In this document: in pieces, positions 62,182 to 64,000 of the stretch
Numbering within the stretch: the stretch's first letter is position 1
Layout: each line of letters opens with the position of its first letter
DNA from: an uncultured Ilumatobacter sp.
Lineage (GTDB): Bacteria > Actinomycetota > Acidimicrobiia > Acidimicrobiales > Ilumatobacteraceae
DNA: 64,000 nucleotides
Assembly: GCA_905182555.1 (NCBI GenBank)
Contig: CAJJBX010000010.1
Coordinates: 274 to 64,273, forward strand
Direction of reading: 5' to 3'
The notes under the pieces: model-generated
What the model was told of the DNA's origin: nothing
The model's database searches: none
What the model saw: only the letters and a program-made list of their open reading frames with translations
Translations under genes and position numbers: made by a program

Positions 62182-63641
62182 TAGGGGATTACGCAGATGT
62201 CGTTGGCGGCAGCAAAATCTGTGTCGTACACCCCAACACACGAAAACCGCACACCGTCCACGGCTGCCACCCAGTGCGGTGTCAGCCACCTTCGCGTTCG
62301 ACGTATTGTCGTTGGAGATGCTGTTGGTGCTGCCGGTGATCGACGAGTTCCGAATCGACGGCGACGACGACACCGGCGAGGACGACGTCACCGGCGAGAC
62401 GAATCAGAGTTGTACTCGCCGACGGCCGTGTTGGCGATTGCCCCCGGTGGCGGTCACATTGTTCATCGACGGCGACGACGAATCGTTGACACGCCGTGTT
62501 GCCTATGCCGCGTGGCGGTGGCGGTCACTGCATGACGATCAAGTTGTCCCGCCGGTGGTGCCGCCGGTGGCGGTGGCGGTCACATTGGTCATCGACGGCG
62601 ACGACGAAGTGTTGTACACGCCGTAGTTGTCCGGTGCCGCCGGTGGCGGTGGCGGTCACGTGAAGCATCGAGAACGATCCGTCGGCCACACCATTCGTGT
62701 ACACCCCTCTCGCTCTTGACTCCGCCGCCGGTGTTGTTGATGGTGAGGTGGCGGATCTCAGCGGTAATTGCTCCAGCTGAAATGACCGCAGACGACGCAT
62801 CGAAATCGTTGCTGCTGCAGGCGCAGTTGATGGTGGTGGTGTTTTGTCCGGAGCCTTCAACATCAACATAGTTTTTCAACACGACCGGTGCGGTTTCGGT
62901 GTAGATGCCGGGTGCGATTTTGATCACATACGGCTTGTCGGCTGCTGCGTCTTCGATTGAGTCCAAAGCTTCCGACAGCGACGCATAGTCGCCGGTGTTG
63001 TCGTCAGCAACCCAGATCACACGCGCTGGAGACACAGTTTCAAGTTGTTCCACGCGGTTGACGAGGTCGATGAGTCCGGTGTTGGTGGTGTAACCAACAA
63101 CGTCAACAACGATGTCCACGGTGTTGTTCGGTGCTGAGCCGTACGTGATATCGATTTCGCCGTTATTGACACCGCTAGTCGGGATCGCGACAGTGACCTG
63201 GTTCGGGACAATGTCACCAGGAGCCACGTTCAGGTTCGACGTTGACGGCGCACCAGTCGCGTCACCGGGCCGCACAGAAATAAACCCTGCACCCGTTGGC
63301 AACACTGCTGTCACGTTCAACAACACACCCGTTGCCCCTGCCGGGACCACCACACGACTGATCTCCTGTTGGTTTGCTTCAATCCATGTGCCGATGGTGC
63401 CAGTCACCATCAACTTTTTGGATGTCCCAGCATCAAACTTGCCGGTGACACCAATGTTGTATCGGGTGTCAAGGACACGTGTTGGTTCCACAGTCACCAC
63501 TGTTGATTCAGTCGCACCCGGCAACGCCAACACCCGACCCGGAGAAACCACCGACGCAGTCACCACCCCAGCAGCAACCAAGGCACCCACAACAGCTACA
63601 CCCGCAAACAAAACACGGAAACGAGAAAAGGATTTCAACAC
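62181..63641 (-). CDS. Secreted/surface protein with pectin-lyase-like beta-helix repeats; C-terminal repeat region frameshifted
   Basis: Signal-like N-terminus, PTRVLDTR...VPAGATGVLLNVT...SNLN module, PYVIKIAPGIY...VDVEGSG, repeats GVYN-SSSPSM-NVTATATGG, end CVGVYDTDFAAANDICVIP*. Confidence 0.7.
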
Positions 63642-63890
63642 GATGAGACGGGTGCTTTCAGTTCAAAGGCCAAACCGATATGCCGGACCTACTTGCAATC
63701 ACCACAAACTACTCCAGGCACCCAAACCAGACCCAACCGGCAACCGCGCAACGCGATGCTCACAGCTTTCGCGTGGCGCGCTCAGACCCTGATGTCAGAA
63801 TTCGCAGTAGCCCGCACTCCACACATCTGCGGTCTCCGCTGCGAGAGCGCGCGCTGGTCAGCGCTGGAATTGCCAGTCTGTTGGAGCCAC

Positions 63891-64000
63891 TTGGAGATCG
63901 CTACCGGCACGGTTCAGGTTGATCTAGCGATGGGCGCAGACGAAATCGACTGGGTAGCACTTGATCTTCCCGAGCCGATCCCGCCACGCCTTTGAGACGC
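63891..64000. repeat. 110-bp direct repeat, copy 2 (runs to the window edge)
   Basis: Identical to 62072-62181. Confidence 0.95.

Noticed and set aside
62072-64000. Diversity-generating retroelement TR/VR pair
   Set aside because: The two copies are identical (no adenine-specific mismatches) and no reverse transcriptase is in the window.
1-64000. tRNA or rRNA genes
   Set aside because: No cloverleaf with T-loop/CCA context or rRNA-like segment recognised by eye; a covariance-model scan would be needed to exclude them.

Overview
High-GC actinobacterial chromosomal window. Gene content and the surface-protein domain style suggest Acidimicrobiia/Ilumatobacter-like (inference). About 55 genes, dominated by redox and cofactor metabolism: mycofactocin genes split over the window (mftA-mftB-mftC at 34.2-35.8 kb, mftD at 2.6-3.8 kb), an NDMA-type Zn alcohol dehydrogenase followed by a MoxR AAA+/VWA pair, ergothioneine egtB-egtD, three F420-type LLM oxidoreductases, BVMOs, SDRs, and assimilatory sulfate reduction (cysH-sir-cobA / cysG-N). 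Housekeeping genes include valS, cysS, ung, plsY, aroQ and sdaA. Many genes, including essential valS, carry indels or locally scrambled patches, so the consensus is error-prone. A separate set of genes looks genuinely eroded by internal deletions. Best candidate for an undescribed system: the MoxR-to-VWA junction carries a complete -1 programmed ribosomal frameshift signal (internal SD, G_GGA_AAA, 3' hairpin, start-less VWA frame), predicting both a free AAA+ subunit and an AAA+-VWA fusion beside a mycofactocin-type dehydrogenase. Also present: a truncated RAYT transposase with REP-like palindromes, and a 110-bp exact direct repeat bracketing a beta-helix surface-protein gene at the right edge.
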